This document shows positions 1 through 10,934 of a stretch of DNA of 64,000 bases, in pieces (within the stretch, counting starts at the first letter, position 1; each line of letters opens with the position of its first letter). A program made the position numbers and the translations under genes. Location: positions 868,001 to 932,000 of the forward strand of contig JAPDFW010000136.1 in assembly GCA_028826165.1 (NCBI GenBank), read 5' to 3'. Under the pieces are notes generated by a model, which was not told the origin of the DNA, made no database searches, and saw only the letters and a program-made list of their open reading frames with translations. The stretch comes from Anaeramoeba ignava BMAN (Eukaryota > Protista > Anaeramoebae).

Positions 1-3000
1 GTGCATTCATCAAACAAACATACTTTAGGAGAACCAACTAAAGCAATTGCAAGAGAAAGTCTTCTTTTCATCCCTCCAGAAAAAGAAGAAACAAGACTAT
101 TCTTTACATCAAGAAGATCAACATCTTTGAGTCTTTGGTCAATTTCTTCTTTGATTTCCTTTTTGGGAACATTTTTCAAATGAGCAAAAAGATCAAGAGT
201 TTCTTTTGGAGTTAATTCATTCCATAAAATATCATGTTGAGGACAAACACCAAGATCTTTACGAATTTCTCCCAAATGTGACAGGATCGATTTATTCAAA
301 ATTAAAGCATCTCCATATGTTGGTCTAAATCTCCCAATAAGCATGTTAATTGTTGTTGAGTTGTGAGTCACTGTGAAATCTTCCAAAAGAAATCTTCCAT
401 TTCCGCTAATTTCAAATCCATAGTAATTTCCAACACAATCTTCTTCAACACTTATTGGTGCTGTCAAAATATCAACTGGTTTCTTTCCGTTTTGCTTATT
501 TCTTGCAAATTCACTAATTTCGGATCCAAAAACGGAAATTAAATCGAAATTCGCATTTTTTTGATTGATTTGAACACCTAAACCCAATGAACGAATCGAA
601 AAGAGAATTTTCTTCAGAATATTTTCATCTGATTTTTTTGAATTAATTTCAAATTCAAAGGTTTGATTCCCATTTTCATTTCCAATTGAATCAAAAATTC
701 CTGATAAAAATGAGAGCCGAATTGCGCGTGAATTTGTTCTTATTAAGTCAAGTGTATCGCCAAATTCTGCGGTGATTGGAAGCACTTGTTGTGTCTCATC
801 TGAACAAAAACGCGCCAAAAGAAAATCCAAATTGATAAGCTTCTTTCAAAGTGATTTTGTTATTGCAAGGAAATTCAACACCAACTTTGAATCCGTGATA
901 ACAATCTTTCCATTCTTGAGATTTTGCAAGATAATCTTGAACAGAAATATCAACAACTTCACCTATTTTTGACATTAAAGGGATTTTTCTAGCGATGAAT
1001 TTTTTCAAGGAATTTCTGGCGCAATTTTCATCATTTGCAAAATTTTTGAGATGAAAAAACTTGTTCATTTGGTGGTGATCTTGGATCCAAACGAGAAGGA
1101 AGGCGTTTTTCTTAGGGAGAAAAGAAACGGAGTATTGTTTAATAAGTTTGAGAGAAAGAATATGGTGAGAATTAACGCGATAAAGAGATTTTGAGAAATT
1201 AGGATTTTTGGAAGAAGGGACAATTCGGTACAAAGGGGATCTTCCTTTTGTAAGAGAAAGTACTACGCGAGGCAAGGAATCATCGCCAAGAAGAAGATCA
1301 CCAATTTGGATATCTTGAACCATTTTTGACTCCCCATTGTACATTAAAACAGGCGTGTTTTCCGCTAGGCATTTCCCAGACCCATTCGGTCCCAGAAGAG
1401 CCAGAAGCTCGCCTTCATGAAGTGAAAGATACACAGAATCAACGGCGCGGAAATTATGGATTTTGGAATGAAGAAATGACTTGCGAAACTCTTTTGTCAA
1501 ATTTAGAATTTTAACAGTCGCGTTATTTTCTGTTTCATTGTTTGTAAGTGTTTTTTTCTCTTCAAGAACATCATCATCCATTGTGTTCTCATCATCCTCG
1601 TTTTCCAAATTCACTTTTTTGGAGGATTTTCTTTTTTTGGGTTTTCTTTTGCCAGTCCAATATGATTTCTGAAGGAAAAATAACGGATGTTGAGTGATCC
1701 CGTAATCAGTAGGTAAAACTTGGTCGAGATATAAAGCAAGAACAATATAAATCGCAAAATCAATGAGCATCCAATAATAGCATGTTGTCAATGGATAAAT
1801 TTGGCCGTTGCTTCGTTCCGACCAAGACATTCCAGGCATAGATTTCATTTTTGTTGCTGTGGCGAGTAATTGTACTCCTCGTGCAAATACTACTGGTGAT
1901 AGAAATGAAAAACCTGTTCGGTAGCTTTTATCGATTCCTGGCTCAAATATCACATTGTTCGTGATAGGGTTTAATATCGTAAACACAAAGAAAAATACAA
2001 ATCCAAATGTTGTTGCTGCTTTTGTTTTAGATGATAATGTTGTTAATAGAAATGCTATTGTGATTACTGTTTCTCCAAATATAAAAAAAAGGAAGAAATA
2101 TGTCCCAAATGCGTTTTTTAAGAAGAAGTTGAATTGGAATGCTGCTCCACTTGCGATAAGGAATAAAGTTGAGAGTAAATTGATTATAGTGTTTGTGATA
2201 AACCAGGAGATCCAATAGGAAGAAGCTAAATATTTTTTTGAATATTATTTATTTGGATATTAATTAATTGGATATTAATTATTTGAATATTATTTATTTA
2301 AATATTATTTATTTGAATATTATTTATTTGATAATTATTTATTTAAATATTATTTATTTAAATATTATTTATTTGAATATTATTTATTTAAATATTATTT
2401 ATATGAATATTATTTATTTAAATATTATTTATTTAAATATTATTTATTTAAATATTATTTATTTAAATATTATTTAATTAAATATTATTTATTTAGATAT
2501 TATTTATTTGAATATTATTTAATTGAATATTATTTAAAGAACATTTAATTGAATATTATTTATTTGAATATTATTTATTTGAATATTATTTATTTGATAA
2601 TTATTTAATTGAATATTATTTATTTGATAATTATTTATTTGAATATTATTTATTTGAAAATTATTTATTTGAATATTATTTAATTGAATATTATTTATTT
2701 GAATATTATTTAATTGAATATTATTTATTTGAATATTATTTAATTGAATATTATTTAATTGAATATTATTTAATTGAATAATTATTTATTTAAATATTAT
2801 TTATTTAAATATTATTTAATTGGATATTATTTATTTGAATATTATTTATTTGAATATTATTTATTTGAATATTATTTATTTAAATATTATTTATTTAAAT
2901 ATTATTTATTTGAATATTATTTATTTAAATATTATTTATATGAATATTATTTATTTAAATATTATTTATTTGAATATTATTTATTTGAATAATTATTTAT

Positions 3001-5243
3001 TTGAATATTATTTAATTGAATATTATTTAAAGAACATTTAATTGAATAATTATTTATTTGAATATTATTTATTTGAATATTATTTATTTAAATATTATTT
3101 ATTTAAATATTATTTAATTGAATATTATTTATTTGAATATTATTTATTTTAAATATTATTTAATTGAATATTATTTATTTGAATATTATTTATTTAAATA
3201 ATTATTTATTTGAATATTATTTAATTGAATATTATTTAATTGAATATTATTTATTTATTTAAATATTATTTATTTAAATATTATTTATTTAAATATTATT
3301 TATTTAAATATTATTTAATTGAATATTATTTATTTAAATATTATTTATTTAAATATTATTTATTTAAATATTATTTATTTAAATATTATTTAATTGAATA
3401 ATATTTATTTGAATATTATTTATTTGAATATTATTTAATTGAATATTATTTATTTTGAATATTATTTAATTAGATATTATTTATTTGAATAATTATTTAT
3501 TTGAATATTATTTATTTAAATATTATTTATTTGAATATTATTTATTTGAATATTATTTATTTAAATATTATTTATTTAAATATTATTTAATTGAATATTA
3601 TTTAATTGAATATTATTTATTTAAATATTATTTAATTGAATATTATTTATTTGGATATTATTTATTTGAATATTATTTATTTGAATATTATTTATTTGAA
3701 TATTATTTATTTGGATATTATTTAATTGAATATTATTTATATAAATATTATTTATTTGAATATTATTTATTTAAATATTATTTAATTGAATATTATTTAT
3801 TTAGATATTATTTATTTGAATATTATTTAATTAGATATTATTTATTTGAATATTATTTAAAGAACATACTCTTTAAACCCATTACTGTCATTCCAAATCG
3901 AATTCTATATTCTTTCTCTTGTACAATTTGCGTTATTTGAATAACTAATTGAAATAAACTTGCCCAGAAATAAAATGTAGGTCCCATTGCAGGAATAGCA
4001 TCTAATGGCTTTAATTGAGGATGTGGATATCCCATTGTTGTAACATCAAAATTAATATTTTTTCCTCCAACAACTGCAAATAATGCTTTTTGAAGTTCAT
4101 ATTGAAATGGAACAAAAAGATCCAAAAAATCATCATATCCTGTATCTTGATAATATGATGATTCATTCACTTGAACACTAAACTGTTTTGATTATAATTT
4201 TGATTTTGATTTTGATTTTAATTTTAATTTTGATTTTAATTTTGATTTTAATTTTAATTTTAAATTTCAATTTTAATTTTAAATTTCAATTTTAATTTTA
4301 ATTTTAATTTTAATTTTAATTTTGAATTTAATTTTGATTTTAATTTTGATTTTAATTTTGATATTAATTTTGATTTTAATTTTAATTCTCTTAAAAATAC
4401 TTGAGCATCGTCTGGAATTATAGAATGTTCAGTGTCACTAAAATTAAAATTATATGCTGCTAAAGTTGTATTATAATTATTATAAAGAAAATCATCTACT
4501 TCAATACTTGTGTTAAAACCGCGTACATCTGTTAAATTATTCAATCCAATCTCATTACAAATCTATTTTTACATTATATATTTTTTAATTCATTTATTTT
4601 CAAATTTTTTCAAATTTTTTCAAATTAAACTAAAATTTACAAAATTAATAACTTCCATAACTTGTGCATTGTCTTGTCTACTATAAACGAAGGTGTAACA
4701 AAAATTTTTATCACTCTTTAATTTTAAATTGAATTTTAATTTTAATTTGAATTTTAAATTGAATTTTTAATTGAATTTTTAATTGAATTTTTAATTTGGA
4801 TTTTGATTTTAATTTTAATTTGGATTTTAATTTTAATTTTAAATTTTGAATAAAACCCTTGAACAATCAGGAACAGAAATAGAATTAGCAGGAGAATGAG
4901 GAGCTAAAAGAAAATAAATGAAAAAAAAAAACGTAAATAAAAAATTTTTGATAAATAAATATAAATATCAAATACTGTTTTCATCTTTGCTTGATCGAAC
5001 AGATTGAATGATTGCACCAAAAGCAAGAAGAAGTAAATTGAAAACAACTGGAACCAAAATAACAGCACATCTAATTTAAAAGGAAAAAATTTTTTTGAAT
5101 TTTTTTTTTTGAGTTTTTTTTTTTGATTTTTTTTTGTAATTTCAATAAATCTTTTTTATTTACAATGTGCTTTTTAAATTTCTTTTGGAAAGGATCCAGT
5201 TTTTTTTTAATAATAAATTTGTTTGTGTAAAACGAGTTTTCAT
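1..5243 (-). CDS. ABCA-subfamily ABC transporter, 7 exons, intein-containing, 3' end outside the window
   Basis: Manual splicing gives exons 5243-5164, 5070-4976, 4903-4857, 4715-4641, 4562-4401, 4182-3870 and 2225-<1, all GT-AG. N-terminus MKTRFTQTNLLLKKNWILSKRN; ABCA motifs QEKEYRIRFGMTVMGL and LALYLDQVLPTDYG. NBD: LLGPNGSGK[intein]STTINML, GVCPQHDILW, signature FSGGMKRRLSLAIAL, Walker B VCLFDE. Confidence 0.93.
360..1371 (-). mobile_element. Intein with degenerate LAGLIDADG homing endonuclease, inserted in the ABCA Walker A motif (GK|S)
   Basis: Starts CLAENTPVLMYNG (block A, Cys1 codon 1371-1369) directly after GPNGSGK. Block B: YRVNSHHILSL. LAGLIDADG-like segment: NSRAIRLSFLSGIFDSIG. 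Ends YYGFEISGNGRFLLEDFTVTHN (blocks F/G), followed by Ser+1 (STTINML). Length is 1012 nt, i.e. one extra base between about 796 and 846. Confidence 0.95.
2226..3869. repeat. 15-bp minisatellite (GAATATTATTTATTT)n filling ABCA intron 6
   Basis: Tandem 15-mer visible across the 1644-nt intron; it produces the YLNII/EYYLF artefact ORFs. Confidence 0.92.
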
Positions 5244-5466
5244 TCAAAAAAAAAATTAAAATGAATGAAAAAAAATGATCAGAAAAAAAATAAAAAAATA
5301 AAAAATAATTTTGTTTTGGATTTTTTGTTTTTTGTTTTTGTTTTTGTTTTTGTTTTTGTTTTTGTTTTTTGTTTTAAAAATTTGAACAGGTGTCAGAAAA
5401 TTTTTTTTTTTTGCTTCATTTTTGAATTAAAAAAAGATAAAAATGGTAAAAAGGAACAAAACGTAA

Positions 5467-6070
5467 GACAAAAATAAGAAAAGATTATATTTAGATTAAT
5501 TATAATTATAATTCAATTTAATTGAAATTAAATTATTTCAAAAGGAAAAAGAAAATGATTTTTTTTATTGATCGATATTTTAATTAAAATGAAGAATATA
5601 TTTTTTAATTGAAAATTTAAATGAATAATTTTAATCCAAAATTTAAAACAAAAATAAGAAAAGATTATATTTAGATTAATTATAATTATAATTGAATTTA
5701 ATTGAAATAAATTATTTCAAAAGGAAAAAGAAAATGATTTTTTTTATTGATCAATATTTTAATCAAAATGAAGAATATATTTTTTAATTGAAAATTTAAA
5801 TGAATAATTTTAATCCAAAATATAAAACAAAAATAAGAAAAGATTATATTTAGATTAATTATAATTATAATTCAATTTAATTGAAATAAAATTAAATCAA
5901 AAGGAAAAAGAAAATGATTTTTTTTATTGATCAATATTTTAATCAAAATGAAGAATATATTTTTTAATTGAAAATTTAAATGAATAATTTTAATCCAAAA
6001 TATAAAACAAAAATAAGAAAAGATTATATTTAGATTAATTATAATTATAATTGTATTTAATTGAAATAAT
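5467..6070. repeat. ~180-bp tandem repeat, about 3.3 copies, intergenic
   Basis: ACAAAAATAAGAAAAGATTATATTTAGATT recurs at about 5468, 5648, 5827 and 6007. Confidence 0.9.
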
Positions 6071-6075
6071 TATTT

Positions 6076-8815
6076 TTATAACCAAATAATTGAAACTTTG
6101 GTTTTTGCAAATTTTTCATCTCTTCTTATTTCCATTTCATTAGTATTTCCAGAAAATTCCATTTCATTTGTTTGAACTATTGAAGGAATAGTTAAATTTG
6201 GAGTTTTTTCTTGAAGTAAATTTTTTAATTGAAAAAGAACTGAATTTAATTTTTGATTTTGTTCTTTTTCTTTTTTTTGTAAAATTTCTTCTTCATTTAA
6301 TTTTTTTGTATATGAATCCATAATATTTGTTGTTCTCTCAATATGATCTTCGAAATCTTTCATTTCTTGATTCTTTATATGATCAATTGTTGACAATTTA
6401 TGTTGAGAAAATCGATATAATTTATCAAGATCTTTTTGTGCTTCATTTAAAATTTGAAGAAAATTAAGTTTTGATTGTTTTTCTTCTTCTGTTTTTGGAA
6501 TAACTTTTAAATTCGATTCGATTTCTTCTAATCCTCTTATCAAAATTGGTTTTTCTTCTTCGATATCATTTTGTTCATCAATTTTTTTTGTAGTTTTGTT
6601 TACATCTTTTTTGTTTTTGAGATTTTGGATTGAGTTTTCTATTTTTTTGTTGATTCTTTTATTTTGTGATAAAACTTCGTTTTCTGATATTTCAAGTCTT
6701 TCCAATTTAGATTCAATAGGTTGTGCCTTTTCATTTATACTTTTTGCAATGATTTGTGCAAAAAAATCTGAAGTATCGTTTAGAAAAAATGAAATACAAC
6801 AAGAAAGTGTGATTTCTCCTTTTTTATGGGAAAATGTCCAAGGAAATTGGAATAAAGATTGTTCAGAACTTGATAAAATTGATTTAAAATTGATATAAAA
6901 TTAATTTAAAATTGATTTAAAATTGATTTAAAATTGATATAAAATTGATATAAAATTGATATAAAATTAATTTAAAATTGATTTAAAATTGATTTAAAAT
7001 TGATTTAAAATTGATATAAAATTGATATAAAATTAATATAAAATTGATTTAAAATTGATTTAAAATTGATTTAAAATTGGTATAAAATTAATATAAAATT
7101 AATATAAAATTAATATAAAATTAATATAAAATTGATTTAAAATTGATATAAAATTGATATAAAATTGATATAAAATTGATTTAAAATTGATTTAAAATTG
7201 ATTTAAAATTGATATAAAATTGATTTAAAATTGATATAAAATTGATATAAAATTGATTTAAAATTGATATAAAATTGATATAAAATTGATTTAAAATTGA
7301 ATTAAAATTGATATAAAATTGATTTAAAATTGATATAAAATTGATATAAAATTGATTTAAAATTAATTTAAAATTGATATAAAATTAATTTAAAATTAAT
7401 TTAAAATTGATTTAAAATCGATTTAAAATTGATTTTAAAATTAATATAAAATTGATTTAAAATCGATTTAAAATTAAAATAATATAAAATTAATTTAAAA
7501 TTGGATTTAAAATTGATTTAAAATTGATTTAAAATTGATTTAAAATTGATATAAAATTGATTTAAAATTGATTTAAAATTGATATAAAATTGATATAAAA
7601 TTGATTTAAAATTGATTTAAAATTGATTTAAAATTGATTTAAAATTGATATAAAATTGATTTAAAATTGATATAAAATTGATTTAAAATTGATTTAAAAT
7701 TGATTTAAAATTGATTTAAAATTGATTTAAAATTGATATAAAATTGATATAAAATTGATTTAAAATTGATATAAAATTGATATAAAATTGATTTAAAATT
7801 GATATAAAATTGATTTAAAATTGATTTAAAATTGATTTAAAATTGATTTAAAATTGATATAAAATTAATATAAAATTAATTTAAAATTGATTTAAAATTG
7901 ATTTAAAATTGATTTAAAATTGATTTAAAATTAATATAAAATTGATTTAAAATTGATTTAAAATTGATATAAAATTAATATAAAATTGATTTAAAATTAA
8001 TTTAAAATTGATTTAAAATTAATATAAAATTGATTTAAAATTGATTTAAAATTGATTTAAAATTGATTTAAAATTGATTTAAAATTGATTTAAAATTGAT
8101 TTAAAATTGATTTAAAATTGATTTAAAATTGATTTAAAATTGATTTAAAATTGATTTAAAATTAATTTAAAATTGATTTAAAATTGATTTAAAATTAATA
8201 TAAAATTGATATAAAATTGATTTAAAATTGATTTAAAATTGATTTAAAATTGATTTAAAATTGATATAAAATTGATTTAAAATTGATATAAAATTGATTT
8301 AAAATTGATTTAAAATTGATTTAAAATTGATTTAAAGTTAATTTAAAATTGATTTAAAATTGATTTAAAATTGATTTAAAATTGATTTAAAATTGATTTA
8401 AAATTGATTTAAAATTGATTTAAAATTGATTTAAAATTAATATAAAATTGATTTAAAATTGATTTAAAATTTATATAAAATTGATTTAAAATTGATATAA
8501 AATTGATTTAAAATTGATATAAAATTGATTTAAAATTGATTTAAACCTTTTTGCTTTAGAAAAGATAAAATTAGAAGCATTTTCAAAATCTGTGGAATAA
8601 AAAGATTGAAAATTTGAGGAGATTTCTTCAATATAAAAATTAGAAAATATTTTTGGATTATCTAAACCAAAAAATTGAACAAAGGATTGATTCATAAAAG
8701 TAATAAGACCAGATTGATTTAAAATTAAAACAGCCTCTTTTGCCTGTTGAAGTTCTCTAAAATATTTTTTAGTTTGCTTTTTTGTAATTTTTATTGTATT
8801 TGTTGAATTTCCCAT
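6076..8815 (-). CDS. PAS-domain coiled-coil protein with possible N-myristoylation, 2 exons
   Basis: Exons 8815-8547 and 6868-6076 join in frame (KAKS|SEQSLF). PAS-like EAVLILNQSGLITFMNQSFVQFFG; MGNS start; coiled-coil C-terminus. Confidence 0.75.
6869..8546. repeat. 11-bp minisatellite (AAAATTGATWT)n making up the whole PAS-gene intron
   Basis: The repeat runs from the GT donor (8546) to the AG acceptor (6869), 1678 nt. Confidence 0.93.
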
Positions 8816-9007
8816 TTATTTTAATTAATAATTTTGTTATTTTTTGTTGTTGAAATATTTCCCAAATAATAAAAATAATAAAAATAATAAATGATCAAAA
8901 AAAGAATTATAATTTAGGGGTTTAATTTTTTTTTAAAGAGAAAAAGTAAAAAGTGAAAAAAAAATGGAATTTTGATTTTTCATTTTTTTTCATTTTTTTT
9001 TTTAAAA

Positions 9008-10131
9008 ATGGATTTTGTTATTAAAAGTAAAGAATTACAAAAATCAACAATGATTTTTTTACATGGACTTGGAGGTAAAATTAAAATTAAAATTAAAATT
9101 AAAATTAAAATTAAAATTAAATTTAAAATTAAAATTAAAATTAAAATTAAAATTAAAATTAAAATCAAAATTAAAATTAAAATTAAAATTGAAATTCATT
9201 TATAAAATTAAAATTAAATTTAAAATCAAAATTAAAATTAAATTTAAAATTAAAATTAAAATTAAATTCATAAATTAAAATTAAAATTAATATTAAAATT
9301 AAAATTAAAATTTAAATTAAAATTAAAATTAAAATTAATATTAAAATTAAAATTATAATTATAATTAAAATTAAAATTAAAATTAAAATTAAAAATTAAA
9401 ATTAAATTCATTTTGAAATCAAAATTAAAATTAAAATTAAAATTAAAATTAAAATTAAAATTAAAATTAAAATTAAAATTAAAATTAAAATTAAAATTAA
9501 AATCAAAATTAAAATTATAATTAAAATTATAATTAAAGATGTTGGACAAAGTTGGGCACCATTAGCATATTTTATCCAAGAAAAAATTCCAAGTATGAAG
9601 TTTATATTTCCAACAGCAGAAACACGAGCAGTTACGATTAATTCAGGAATGAAAATGCCAGCATGGTATGATCTTGATAGCCTCAGTTCACGAAGTCAAA
9701 AAGAACTTATTGGACTAGAGGAATCAAGTTCTCGACTTGAGAAAATAGTCAAACAAGAAAAACAGGCCAACTCTATTGGTTCCATATTTGTTGGTGGATT
9801 TTCACAAGGAGGAGCTTTGGCACTTTTTACTTCACTTCTTCGTTTAAATCAAAAAATTGATGGCATACTTGGTCTTAGTTGTTATATGCCAAAACCCCAT
9901 TTATTCCCAAAGGAACTTCGTCCTGAAAATAAGGATACTTCAATACTCTTATGTCATGGGGATTCAGATCCTATGGTTCTTCCTGAATGGGGAAAATCTA
10001 CTTTTAATCTGTTAAAAAATCAAAATTTAAAAATTGAACAAAAAATTTATCCTTTTTTACAACATGATATTAATCGAGATGAATTGGATGATATTAGAGA
10101 ATGGATTGAAAAACGATTGAAAAACAATTAA
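9008..10131 (+). CDS. Acyl-protein thioesterase / lysophospholipase (APT1/LYPLA family), 2 exons
   Basis: Exons 9008-9074 and 9539-10131 give IFLHGLG|DVGQSW. GGFSQGG nucleophile elbow, HGDSDPMV and catalytic His (LQHDI). Intron 9075-9538 is (AAAATT)n. Confidence 0.93.
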
Positions 10132-10233
10132 AAAAATAAGTGAATAAATTGAATTATAAATAATTTTAAAAAGAATAAACTAAAAAAGAAATAATTTTGA
10201 TTTTGAACTGGAAATTTTTATTCATTTTGAAAT

Positions 10234-10638
10234 TTAAAGATTGAAAGGCAATTTATAATAATAAACCCAAATAATATAAATAGCTAAAATTAAAGAAACG
10301 TAAACACAAATATCAAGTTTTGTACCAAGTCTTATTTGAGTACCAGCTTTTCTTTCTCTATAATATTTAAGTAATTTTTGTTTATCAATTTCTAATTTTT
10401 TATCAAGAAGTGAATTTTCAATTAATTTTTCATTTGTTTTTTCATTTGAATTTTCATTTGTTTTTTCATTTGAATTTTGATTTGAATTTTCATTTGATTT
10501 TTCATTTGATTTTTCATTTGAATTTTGATTTGAATTTTCATTTGTTTTTTCAATTAATTTTTCATTTGAATTTTGATTTGAATTTTGTTTTGTTTTTTCA
10601 TTTGTTTTTGTTTTTCTTTGATTTAAATTATTTTCCAT
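10234..10638 (-). CDS. Small hypothetical tail-anchored membrane protein with N/Q/E/K repeats
   Basis: 134-aa ATG ORF with a single C-terminal hydrophobic helix (ICVYVSLILAIYIIWVYYY). Confidence 0.6.
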   Translation of the reverse strand: MENNLNQRKTKTNEKTKQNSNQNSNEKLIEKTNENSNQNSNEKSNEKSNENSNQNSNEKTNENSNEKTNEKLIENSLLDKKLEIDKQKLLKYYRERKAGTQIRLGTKLDICVYVSLILAIYIIWVYYYKLPFNL

Positions 10639-10934
10639 TTATTTTAATTTAATTTAATTTAATTTTGTTTTAAAAAAAAATGAAAGAAAAAAATGAAAAA
10701 TGATTTTTTTTAATTTTGTTTTTTTTTTATTTCGAACTTTTTTGAATTAAAAATTGCTGTATTAATTTCTTATCTTTTTATCTCTTATCTTTTATCTTTT
10801 AATTCCTATCTTTGTCAAAAAACCCAAACAGCACAAACAACAGCAATTTTAAAAAAAAAAAACGGAAAAAAAAATCAAAAAAAAAAAAGAATTAAAAGAG
10901 AATTAAAAAAAAAATTAAAAGAGAATTAAAAGAA

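Noticed and set aside
796-846. Programmed ribosomal frameshift in the intein
   Set aside because: No clear slippery heptamer or stimulatory structure; similar single-base homopolymer indels occur throughout the window.
360-1371. Hedgehog-type Hint domain or spliceosomal intron instead of an intein
   Set aside because: It has both the Cys1 and His-Asn/Ser+1 junctions, the exteins are contiguous, and the ends are not GT-AG.
2268-3940. Plus-strand ORFs of YLNII/EYYLF repeats
   Set aside because: Translation of the 15-bp intronic satellite, antisense to ABCA intron 6.
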